A DNA stretch of 32,000 nucleotides, from contig NZ_CP036280.1 in NCBI RefSeq assembly GCF_007748075.1, positions 1,110,001 to 1,142,000 on the forward strand, read 5' to 3'. Below, in pieces: positions 17,877-24,159 of the stretch. The position numbers and the translations under genes are program-made. Under the pieces are notes generated by a model. It saw nothing but the letters and a program-made list of their open reading frames with translations. It had not been told where the DNA came from and made no database searches. This stretch comes from Mucisphaera calidilacus. Its GTDB lineage: Bacteria > Planctomycetota > Phycisphaerae > Phycisphaerales > Phycisphaeraceae. The first letter of the stretch is position 1. Every line of letters begins with the position of its first letter.

Positions 17877-18436
17877 CAAGCGTGTCCTTTCAGTGGTGAG
17901 TTTGAATTCCAGGAATTCCGGGGGGAGCTGTGGTAGTTGCTGATGACGCCCGGCACGATCAGCCACAGGCCAAGGCCGATGACCGCCACGATCCAGACCC
18001 ACGTCGGCAAAGCGGGCAGGCCGATCGCCAGGGCCATGACCGCTGCGCCGATGGCGATGGTGTAGGTGCCCGCAGTGGTTGGGATCAGGGGCAGGTACGA
18101 CCTGGCGGCCAGGACCCCGACACCGCCAATCATCAGCGCCGGGCCGGTGACCCAGGCAATCCAGGTCTGATCCGCCGCGATCATCGCCGGCGTCTGCTTC
18201 TGGCCCGATCCGGTGGAGATGATCATCGGCCCGTGCTCGAGCGTGGCGGGGTGCACCGCCTTGTCCGGCTGGGTGACGGTGACCTTTGCGCCGCTGCCAT
18301 CGGTGCAGGTGATGCGGCCGTGGTGCACGCACGAGGTGATCGCCATGACCGCGACAAACAGCGTCGCCGTCAGGGTCATGCCCATCGAAAAGGCGTTGAG
18401 CTCGTGCAGCAATGCGTCGTCGCAGGGATGCTTCAT
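17876..18436 (-). CDS. Polytopic membrane protein, possibly a lipoprotein
   Basis: About 186 aa from ATG 18436. Lipobox-like LFVAVMAITSC. Three C-terminal hydrophobic helices: WIAWVTGPALMIGGVGVLAA, TYTIAIGAAVMALAIGLPAL and WVWIVAVIGLGLWLIVPGVI. One TTCCGGGGGG copy lies near the 3' end. Confidence 0.6.
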   Translation of the reverse strand: MKHPCDDALLHELNAFSMGMTLTATLFVAVMAITSCVHHGRITCTDGSGAKVTVTQPDKAVHPATLEHGPMIISTGSGQKQTPAMIAADQTWIAWVTGPALMIGGVGVLAARSYLPLIPTTAGTYTIAIGAAVMALAIGLPALPTWVWIVAVIGLGLWLIVPGVISNYHSSPRNSWNSNSPLKGHA

Positions 18437-18438
18437 GA

Positions 18439-18654
18439 TCAAGACCTTTCGCTGGTGGACTCAAGCACTTGCCGCAGCATCGCCAGGCCTTGCCGATCCG
18501 GCCCGCTGCTGCGCGGCGCTTGCTGTTGCTGATACGGGTCAAAGTCCGACGGCCTGTAAGGGCGGCCTTTCCTGGGATCACGGTGGGTATTGGCGATCAG
18601 GCAGCAGAGCACCGAGGTGTGGGCCCAGCGCTCGCGGCCGTGGCCCTCGGCCAT
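18439..18654 (-). CDS. Tail assembly chaperone T-segment, probably made only as a -1 frameshift extension of the 18675-19220 product
   Basis: It lies in the -1 frame relative to the upstream chaperone ORF ((19238-18654) mod 3 = 2). That frame stays open upstream through the G-rich 3' end of the chaperone gene (...GFRGRGRGFWGLTLRQLLWMAEGHG...). There is no RBS before its own ATG. Confidence 0.55.
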   Translation of the reverse strand: MAEGHGRERWAHTSVLCCLIANTHRDPRKGRPYRPSDFDPYQQQQAPRSSGPDRQGLAMLRQVLESTSERS

Positions 18655-18674
18655 CCACAGCAGTTGCCGAAGCG

Positions 18675-19220
18675 TCAGCCCCCAGAATCCCCGCCCCCGC
18701 CCCCGGAATCCTCCGAAGTCACAGATGCCAAGGCTTCCCGCGATCCGAAAGACATCGGCCCACCCATAGGTGCCGCCATCGCCTCGTCCACCAGCTTCCG
18801 GGGGTCGATCCCGTCGATCCTGGTCTCGACCGCGTTGACCGCCGCGTCGATCATGGCCATCTGCTTGGCGACCGCCTTGGCCCTGTCGTTGCGGCCGCGC
18901 GACCGGAAAAAATCGATGAGTTCCTCGTAGAACGCTTTCTGCGCTGCCAGCAACGTCTGGCCGTCGAACCCGGCACGTACCTGATCCTCGGTCACGTTGT
19001 GCTTGTCGAACTGCCCCTCGAGCATGCAGCAGAGCACCTGACCAAGCAGCATCTCGTCGGTCCCAAACAGCGTCAGGAGGGGCTGGCCGGTTGGATCGCC
19101 ACTGCGAGGTGCCTCGGGCTGAAGCAGGTCGATGTCCAGCTTCTGCTTAACCGCCATGGCCGTGCCGAGGTTGAGTGTGAGCGTCCAGCTGCGGCCAGTT
19201 GCGTCGGTAAAGGTCTTCAT
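18675..19220 (-). CDS. Tail assembly chaperone (gpG-like)
   Basis: ATG 19220 (MKTFTDATGRSWTLTLNLG...) follows GGAGGTGG and overlaps the major tail stop by 1 nt (TGATG). It lies between the major tail protein and the tape measure. It ends ...SEDSGGGGGDSGG, encoded by a motif array. Confidence 0.7.
   Translation of the reverse strand: MKTFTDATGRSWTLTLNLGTAMAVKQKLDIDLLQPEAPRSGDPTGQPLLTLFGTDEMLLGQVLCCMLEGQFDKHNVTEDQVRAGFDGQTLLAAQKAFYEELIDFFRSRGRNDRAKAVAKQMAMIDAAVNAVETRIDGIDPRKLVDEAMAAPMGGPMSFGSREALASVTSEDSGGGGGDSGG
18678..18711 (-). repeat. TTCCGGGGG-family array (a)
   Basis: Minus strand GGATTCCGGGGGCGGGGGCGGGGATTCTGGGGGC, located at the 3' end of the chaperone gene. Confidence 0.85.
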
Positions 19221-19657
19221 CAGGCCACCTCCACCCACTCTGTGAACACCGCGAGCTTGGCCGTCACGCTGACGGTCACGCCTTCTTCGAGCGGCTCGCT
19301 GCGGCTAAAGTTCGTGATCGAGAAGTCGCCGTGCGGGCCTTCGGTGCCGGAGGTGGACTTCTCGCCGGTGAGCACGGCCAGGCTGATCGTGGAGGCGGTG
19401 AGGAACGCGGTCTTGATCGCGTCGAAGCCCGCGTCACCCGGCTGCCAGAGCATCTCGAACTCGGCGGTGCACTCGCGCAGCGTCGGTGCGGTCGCCCGCC
19501 ACCCCGCGTTGGCGCGGGTGGTGACGTCCGCCTCACCCGCTTCGAGGTTGAGCGTCACGTCCTTGACGTTGCTCATCTCGGTCAGGTTGGTCAGGTCGTC
19601 ACCGGCGGTGCCCTGGTAGATCTTGGCGTTCATGCCAAGGACGAATTGATCGGCCAC
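19220..19657 (-). CDS. Major tail protein (TP901-1/HK97-like tube protein)
   Basis: GTG 19657 follows AAGGAGA and lies downstream of the preceding stop at 19675, so it is preferred over the track start 19702. ...NVKDVTLNLEAGEADVTTRANAGWRATAPTLRECTAEFEMLW... resembles siphovirus major tail proteins. Confidence 0.7.
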   Translation of the reverse strand: MADQFVLGMNAKIYQGTAGDDLTNLTEMSNVKDVTLNLEAGEADVTTRANAGWRATAPTLRECTAEFEMLWQPGDAGFDAIKTAFLTASTISLAVLTGEKSTSGTEGPHGDFSITNFSRSEPLEEGVTVSVTAKLAVFTEWVEVA

Positions 19658-19674
19658 GGTGGTATCTCCTTGTG

Positions 19675-20109
19675 TCAGGGACGGATGACGCTGTCGCGCC
19701 ACAGCGAGGGCAGCTTGGGCAGTTCCTTGTCAAAGGCCGGCCCCATGAACGGCCGTGCCCGGATGGTCACGCGTCGGCGTTGGCCACTGCGGGTGAGCGT
19801 GGTCGAATCGCCGTACTCGAGGAGGCCGGGCGCTTGGCCTCGCGCACTGCCGCTTAGACGGGCCGGTCCAATGACCACCGAGTTCTTCTTAGGGTCGTAA
19901 CCAACGAAGATGAACTTCTTGAGCAGGCCGGTGTGGCTGCTCGGCGGCGAGCCGGGTTCGCTGATCCTCTTGCGCTTGCGGATGCTGCTTCGCGCCGTGC
20001 GGCGCACGAACGCACCAAAGCGGCTCAGCACAGCACGTGTCGCGTGGTCGACTCGGCGGCGTACGGCCCGGGTGTCGAAGAAGAGGTCTTTGATACGAAG
20101 ATCAAGCAC
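19675..20109 (-). CDS. HK97 gp10-like head-tail / tail-terminator family protein
   Basis: 144 aa. ...TGLLKKFI...IRARPFMGPAFDKE resembles the HK97 gp10 family signature (TG.L..SI ... ARPF..PA). Confidence 0.6.
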   Translation of the reverse strand: MLDLRIKDLFFDTRAVRRRVDHATRAVLSRFGAFVRRTARSSIRKRKRISEPGSPPSSHTGLLKKFIFVGYDPKKNSVVIGPARLSGSARGQAPGLLEYGDSTTLTRSGQRRRVTIRARPFMGPAFDKELPKLPSLWRDSVIRP

Positions 20110-20470
20110 CGCCGTTCTCCTGCTTGCGGGTGTAGATCAGCCAGCCCGCGACCAGGACGTCCGCGTCGAGGCTCAGCGTCAGAGCGTCGCCGACTTCGCA
20201 CACAAGCCAGGGGATGCTGGCGTCGGGGCTGAGCCCCAGCACCACGCAGCTGTGCGCCGCCATGGGCAGCAACCCGCACAGGGGCGTCTGACGATCGAGC
20301 GGCCCGCTGTAGAACGCGGCGTTGACCGCGCCCGCCGCCATCAGGCAGCCTCCGAGCACGCAGATGCGCTGACCCGGCTGCGCCGCGATCAGCTCGTGGC
20401 CTTCTGCGCGATGCCCCGCTGCGGTCACGGTGACGCGGGCGATCTGTGATGTGTCGAGGGCAGTTGTCAT
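20102..20470 (-). CDS. Hypothetical head-tail module protein
   Basis: 122 aa. Contiguous and overlapping with its neighbours in the same operon. No motif recognised. Confidence 0.5.
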   Translation of the reverse strand: MTTALDTSQIARVTVTAAGHRAEGHELIAAQPGQRICVLGGCLMAAGAVNAAFYSGPLDRQTPLCGLLPMAAHSCVVLGLSPDASIPWLVCEVGDALTLSLDADVLVAGWLIYTRKQENGGA

Positions 20471-20473
20471 GGC

Positions 20474-20923
20474 TTACCTGAATCTCATCGTGCGGTAGGT
20501 CAGACTCAGCACGCTGGTAAAGACGCGCTGGTGCAGCAGGTGATCAGCGGCGTAGACCGGGTCGTTGACGGTGCTGACCCACATCGCGTGATCCGCTTGA
20601 TCAAGTCGCCGCTGACGCAGGTAGGCGGCGATCTCGTCGGTCAGAGTGCCCAGGTCTTCGACCTGCTGATCCGCGTCCTGCGCTACGAGCTTCTGCTGCA
20701 CGCCCACGTCCACACTCACGTCGTGCTGGCTCAGTGTTCGTGTGGCCGCCGCCGACTCGATCGCCTTGGGCACGACGGTGACTCGAAGGTCGACCAGGTC
20801 GGCAAGCTCGTAGACCGGCAGGAGCTTGCGCACCGCGGTAAACGGCTTGCTAAAGACCCCGGGCCGAGCCGGCAGGTTCAGCTCGTGGGTCACGGCGTCG
20901 GCGATATCAATGACCAAGCTCAT
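20474..20923 (-). CDS. Hypothetical head-tail connector-position protein
   Basis: 149 aa. Tightly packed in the operon. No motif recognised. Confidence 0.55.
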   Translation of the reverse strand: MSLVIDIADAVTHELNLPARPGVFSKPFTAVRKLLPVYELADLVDLRVTVVPKAIESAAATRTLSQHDVSVDVGVQQKLVAQDADQQVEDLGTLTDEIAAYLRQRRLDQADHAMWVSTVNDPVYAADHLLHQRVFTSVLSLTYRTMRFR

Positions 20924-20928
20924 GGTGG

Positions 20929-21168
20929 TTACCCTCCCGCAACCGAAGCGAGCAGGGCGATCAGCCCCGAGGTGGTGGTCGCGATCACCGCCGCCACGAT
21001 CAGCCAGGTGAGCCTGGCCTGACGCGCAGCGTTCTGTTCAAGGCGGTCCAGTCGCAGCTGAATACCCGGCCGGCCGTTGCCGCGCACCGCCTGGTCAAGC
21101 TGATCGAGCTTGCGGTGCACCGACTCGAAGTGCTCGCGGCACTGCTCAAACTGTTGGCACTCACTCAT
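20929..21168 (-). CDS. Small coiled-coil protein with a C-terminal transmembrane anchor
   Basis: 79 aa: MSECQQFEQCREHFESVHRKLDQLDQAVRGNGRPGIQLRLDRLEQ... followed by LTWLIVAAVIATTTSGLIALLASVAGG. The ATGA start overlaps the upstream stop. Confidence 0.6.
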   Translation of the reverse strand: MSECQQFEQCREHFESVHRKLDQLDQAVRGNGRPGIQLRLDRLEQNAARQARLTWLIVAAVIATTTSGLIALLASVAGG

Positions 21169-21524
21169 GGTTCACTCTGGGGCGTGGTGTCCTTGGTGTG
21201 GATGCGGAAGGTGGTGCGGTAAGGGTCAGACCAGCGCCACGGGCCTTCGCCCGCCAGGTAGATGACCTCGTAGACCCGTCCGTCAGCGACGATCTGGTCG
21301 CCCTGCTTGGGCCCAAAACCCAGCTCACTGGCGAGGATCAAAAAGTCCGTGACGTGCGACCGCACCGTCAGGCCCGATTCGTCCGCCATCTCGACATCCG
21401 TCTTGCCGTAGGTCGCGTTAACGGTGACGCTGTCGGGTGGGCGTCGGTACGCGACGGGGCTGGAGCAGCAGGTTGTGCGCTGCTGCTCGAGCCACTGCGC
21501 GCCTTGGCGAAGAAGATCAGCCAT
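21165..21524 (-). CDS. Head-tail adaptor / head-closure-like protein
   Basis: 119 aa. ...DFLILASELGFGPKQGDQIVADGRVYEVI...WRWSDPYRTTFRIHTK resembles phage head-tail joining proteins. A 1-nt TGATG overlap links it to the DUF2190 gene. Confidence 0.5.
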   Translation of the reverse strand: MADLLRQGAQWLEQQRTTCCSSPVAYRRPPDSVTVNATYGKTDVEMADESGLTVRSHVTDFLILASELGFGPKQGDQIVADGRVYEVIYLAGEGPWRWSDPYRTTFRIHTKDTTPQSEP

Positions 21525-21892
21525 CAGGCGTTTTGCAGCAGGACCGCGCGGACGGCTGGGTCGCCGTTAGCAGCGTCAGCGACGGCCTTGCCAAGCAGCG
21601 TGTTGCTCGGCTCGGTGGTGGTCGCTGCCCCGCTAAGCGCTACGCCGTCAAGCGGGTTGCCGTCGGCGTCCCAGTAGACCTTCTCGCCGGCCGCGATGAT
21701 GCCCGAGGCCTTGGCGATGTCGTAGACGCCGGTGAGCTCGAGCGTACCCAGCTGACCCGCCGCGATATCGTGCTTGGCGATGCCGACAAGGCCGTCGCCG
21801 AGGACCACGATGTCGCCGGCGCTCACGTCACTTCCTGGCGCAGGGGTGTAGTCGATGCCTTTGCCTTCGTGGATAAAGCGTGCTTGTGTCAT
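21524..21892 (-). CDS. DUF2190-family protein (capsid decoration / cement-like)
   Basis: 122 aa. ...SAGDIVVLGDGLVGIAKHDIAAGQLGTLELTGVYDIAKASGIIAAGEKVYWDADGN... is the characteristic DUF2190 pattern. Confidence 0.7.
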   Translation of the reverse strand: MTQARFIHEGKGIDYTPAPGSDVSAGDIVVLGDGLVGIAKHDIAAGQLGTLELTGVYDIAKASGIIAAGEKVYWDADGNPLDGVALSGAATTTEPSNTLLGKAVADAANGDPAVRAVLLQNA

Positions 21893-21930
21893 AAGTGATG
21901 CTTCCTTACTTGTTCTGGTGAACGATCCGT

Positions 21931-21964
21931 AAAAAGGACCCGCCTCCTAAGAGGTAAGAAGGCG
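21931..21964 (-). terminator. Intrinsic terminator after the capsid gene
   Basis: Minus strand CGCCTTCT-TACCTCTT-AGGAGGCG forms an 8-bp stem including one G-U pair, followed by GGTCCTTTTT. It lies 20 nt downstream of the capsid stop at 21985. Confidence 0.55.
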
Positions 21965-21984
21965 AGCCCCGGGAGCCGATACGC

Positions 21985-24159
21985 TTACGCCTCGCCCTTC
22001 ATCTTCAGAGCGCCGCGGTAGTCCTGTTCCTTCACACCAAAATCGATATAGCCGCGGAACATCACGCCCAGCCGGTTAAAGTCTGCGTCGGTCTTCTCGA
22101 CGGTCGGGCGATCGACGCCGTTGAGGAACGCGACCTCGATCGCCGGCAGGCGGTTGGGATCGGCCAGCAGGTACCAAGCCTTATCTGATGCCCCCGAGAA
22201 GCTGCTGTTGGACAGGTAGACACTCGAGACCACGCCGAACTTACCCACGTGCGGGTTGGCCGCGGGCTTGGCCTTGTTGGCGCTGGTGGTCTCGTTGAGC
22301 TGGACACTCTTCATGAGCATCTCAGCGGGCACCTTCAGCGCCGTGGGCACCAGCAGCGTGGCGGGCCGGATCCCCAGCGGCTTGCCACTGGGCTTTACCT
22401 GAGTGCCAAAGGCCACCTCGGCGGCGGTCAGCCCGTCGACACTCAGTGCTGTGTCAGCACCGGCCTTGTAGTTGTTGTGGCCCGCGTGGAAGAAGGCCTG
22501 GCCGTCGGGCTGCACCGGGTTGGCCAGCCACAGGCCCCAGACCGCGTCAGCGATCGCCTCGGCTGCGCCCATACCGATCTGACGCGGGATGTCGGTAAAC
22601 GCGCCCATGTCATCGTTGATGATCATCTGCCGCGTCAAGCCGAACATGATGCCGTGGGTATCGGCTTTCTGGCTGAAGGTCTGTTCACCCAGTTGCCCGT
22701 GCTTGAGTTCGCCATCGGGACCGATCTGCTCGAACTGGAAGCTGCCGGTCATCCTGTAGCGTGTGTGCTGCTTAAAGTCGTTGACCGAGGCAACCTTGGC
22801 GATGCTCCTCCACGCGTCCTCGACGTAGTTGTAGCCCTCGAGCAGCATCTTGTTGGCGACGTTAGAGAGGATGCCCGGGAGCGTCGTTGTGCTAAACGCG
22901 GCCTCAAGCCAGCCCGACGCATCACGCCTAAAGCGCGGCAGGTGCTGACCCGAGGCCAGTTCACAAAACTCCTGGATACCGACGCCACGCAGCTTGTCTG
23001 CCGCTTCGAGGATCGACTCGTCGTAGCTCGCCTCGATCCGGCTACTGGAAAGACCCGACGCCATCAGCGCCACAGCTTCAAAGACCTGCTCCCCCCGGAC
23101 CCCCGCCCCCGGCCCCCGGACACCCTGCCCCCGGACACCCCGCCCCCGGAATCCTCGATCGCCGTCATGGTCTGACGACGAGACGACGGCCGGCACCTGC
23201 GGCCGGGACGCACGCAGCACGTGCAGCTCGGTGCGGCTCTCGTCCCAGCCATCCTCAATCGCCTTGGCCTCAATTTCGGGGTAGCTGCCCTTGCAGACGC
23301 TGCGGATGGCGGCAATCCGCTTGCTCTCTGCGGCAGCTTCGGCGCGCATCGCCTGAATCGAGTCGCTGACCTTGCCGTGAGCTGACGGGACCTGCTTGCC
23401 CTCATCCGACCGCGCTTCGACCCCCGGGTACTTCTCCTCGTGCTGCTCCTGGGAGTCCGGGGAGTCCGGGGAGTCCGGGGTCTGCTTGGTGGTTTCGACG
23501 GTTTTACGGGGGGCCGGGGTTTCCGGGGTTTCCGGGGGGTGCGGGGTGGTGGCGTTGTTGTCGCTCATCGCGTGAGTCTCCTTGTCTTGGGCTGCGATCC
23601 GGGCCGACGTGGCGGCGTCCGCACCGCTGTCGACGAAGCTGATTTCTTTGAGCACCGACCGCCGCACCACGTGCACGGGGCCGGTAAACGATTGATCGTT
23701 GACCTTGACCTGCTGTCCTGCGGGCACCATCTCGGCCTCGATGACTGCCGCGCCGATCGACGCCTGCCAGGGAAAGCCGTTCGTGCCGCTTCGGGCCACA
23801 TCGCGTGCCCAACTGGTGTCGCGGCTGATCAGGCCCTCGGCCAGGACCCGGCCGTTGTCGACCAGGACGCGCTGGGTGTGGCCCACACCCTGACGGCGCT
23901 CGTGGTCCAGGCGGATCGGCAGGTTCTGCGACGGGATCTCCAACCCCTCAAGATCCACCACAACAGGGTGCGGGAACCCGGTGATCTTCATCAGACCGCC
24001 GGTGTAGGCGACCATGCGGAACTGCGGCAGCCCCGGAAGCTTGCCGTCGGTGGCGGGAGCAGCCGCTTCAACGCTCAGAGAGCATCGGAAGCTCAGGTAA
24101 TCAGGCTGCTTGTCGTTGATTCCGGGGGTTTTCATTGCCGGGGGTGCTTCCGGGGGCAT
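21985..24159 (-). CDS. Prohead protease - scaffold-like linker - major capsid protein fusion (HK97-type)
   Basis: 724 aa. GAGGAA RBS before ATG 24159. The N-terminus has an S78/HK97-protease-like motif (IRLDHERRQGVGHT...GLISRDTSWARDVARSG...WQASIGA...KEISFVDSGAD). The helical middle (IQAMRAEAAAESKRIAAIR...EIEAKAIEDGW) resembles a scaffold. The C-terminal ~370 aa resemble an HK97-fold capsid protein (...FSQKADTHGIMFGLTRQMIINDD...LLVPTALKVPAEMLM...). Confidence 0.75.
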   Translation of the reverse strand: MPPEAPPAMKTPGINDKQPDYLSFRCSLSVEAAAPATDGKLPGLPQFRMVAYTGGLMKITGFPHPVVVDLEGLEIPSQNLPIRLDHERRQGVGHTQRVLVDNGRVLAEGLISRDTSWARDVARSGTNGFPWQASIGAAVIEAEMVPAGQQVKVNDQSFTGPVHVVRRSVLKEISFVDSGADAATSARIAAQDKETHAMSDNNATTPHPPETPETPAPRKTVETTKQTPDSPDSPDSQEQHEEKYPGVEARSDEGKQVPSAHGKVSDSIQAMRAEAAAESKRIAAIRSVCKGSYPEIEAKAIEDGWDESRTELHVLRASRPQVPAVVSSSDHDGDRGFRGRGVRGQGVRGPGAGVRGEQVFEAVALMASGLSSSRIEASYDESILEAADKLRGVGIQEFCELASGQHLPRFRRDASGWLEAAFSTTTLPGILSNVANKMLLEGYNYVEDAWRSIAKVASVNDFKQHTRYRMTGSFQFEQIGPDGELKHGQLGEQTFSQKADTHGIMFGLTRQMIINDDMGAFTDIPRQIGMGAAEAIADAVWGLWLANPVQPDGQAFFHAGHNNYKAGADTALSVDGLTAAEVAFGTQVKPSGKPLGIRPATLLVPTALKVPAEMLMKSVQLNETTSANKAKPAANPHVGKFGVVSSVYLSNSSFSGASDKAWYLLADPNRLPAIEVAFLNGVDRPTVEKTDADFNRLGVMFRGYIDFGVKEQDYRGALKMKGEA
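23089..23156 (-). repeat. TTCCGGGGG-family array (b)
   Basis: Plus strand has three 15-bp units, GCCCCCGGACACCCT / GCCCCCGGACACCCC / GCCCCCGGAATCCTC (23112-23156), plus CCCCCCGGAC and CCCCGCCCCCGG upstream. Encodes GFRGRGVRGQGVRGPGAGVRGE. Confidence 0.9.
23451..23480 (+). repeat. TTCCGGGGG-family array (c1)
   Basis: Perfect 9-bp tandem repeat GGGAGTCCG x3 plus GGG. On the antisense strand it encodes SPDSPDSPDS. Confidence 0.9.
23508..23549 (+). repeat. TTCCGGGGG-family array (c2)
   Basis: GGGGGGCCGGGGTTTCCGGGGTTTCCGGGGGGTGCGGGGTGG. On the antisense strand it encodes HPPETPETPAPR. Confidence 0.9.

Noticed and set aside
17736-18581. 281-aa minus-strand ORF covering the chaperone-to-tape-measure interval
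   Set aside because: Most of it is Arg/Gly/His-rich with no structure. The interval is better explained by the T-segment (18439-18654), the TM-rich 17876-18436 ORF and only the last 46 codons of this frame (17736-17876), all joined by coupling junctions.
24135-24137. Internal ATG 24135 as the true start of the capsid fusion, which would shorten the overlap with the portal gene to 35 nt
   Set aside because: No Shine-Dalgarno sequence precedes it, whereas ATG 24159 has GAGGAA at the correct spacing. Kept as an alternative start only.
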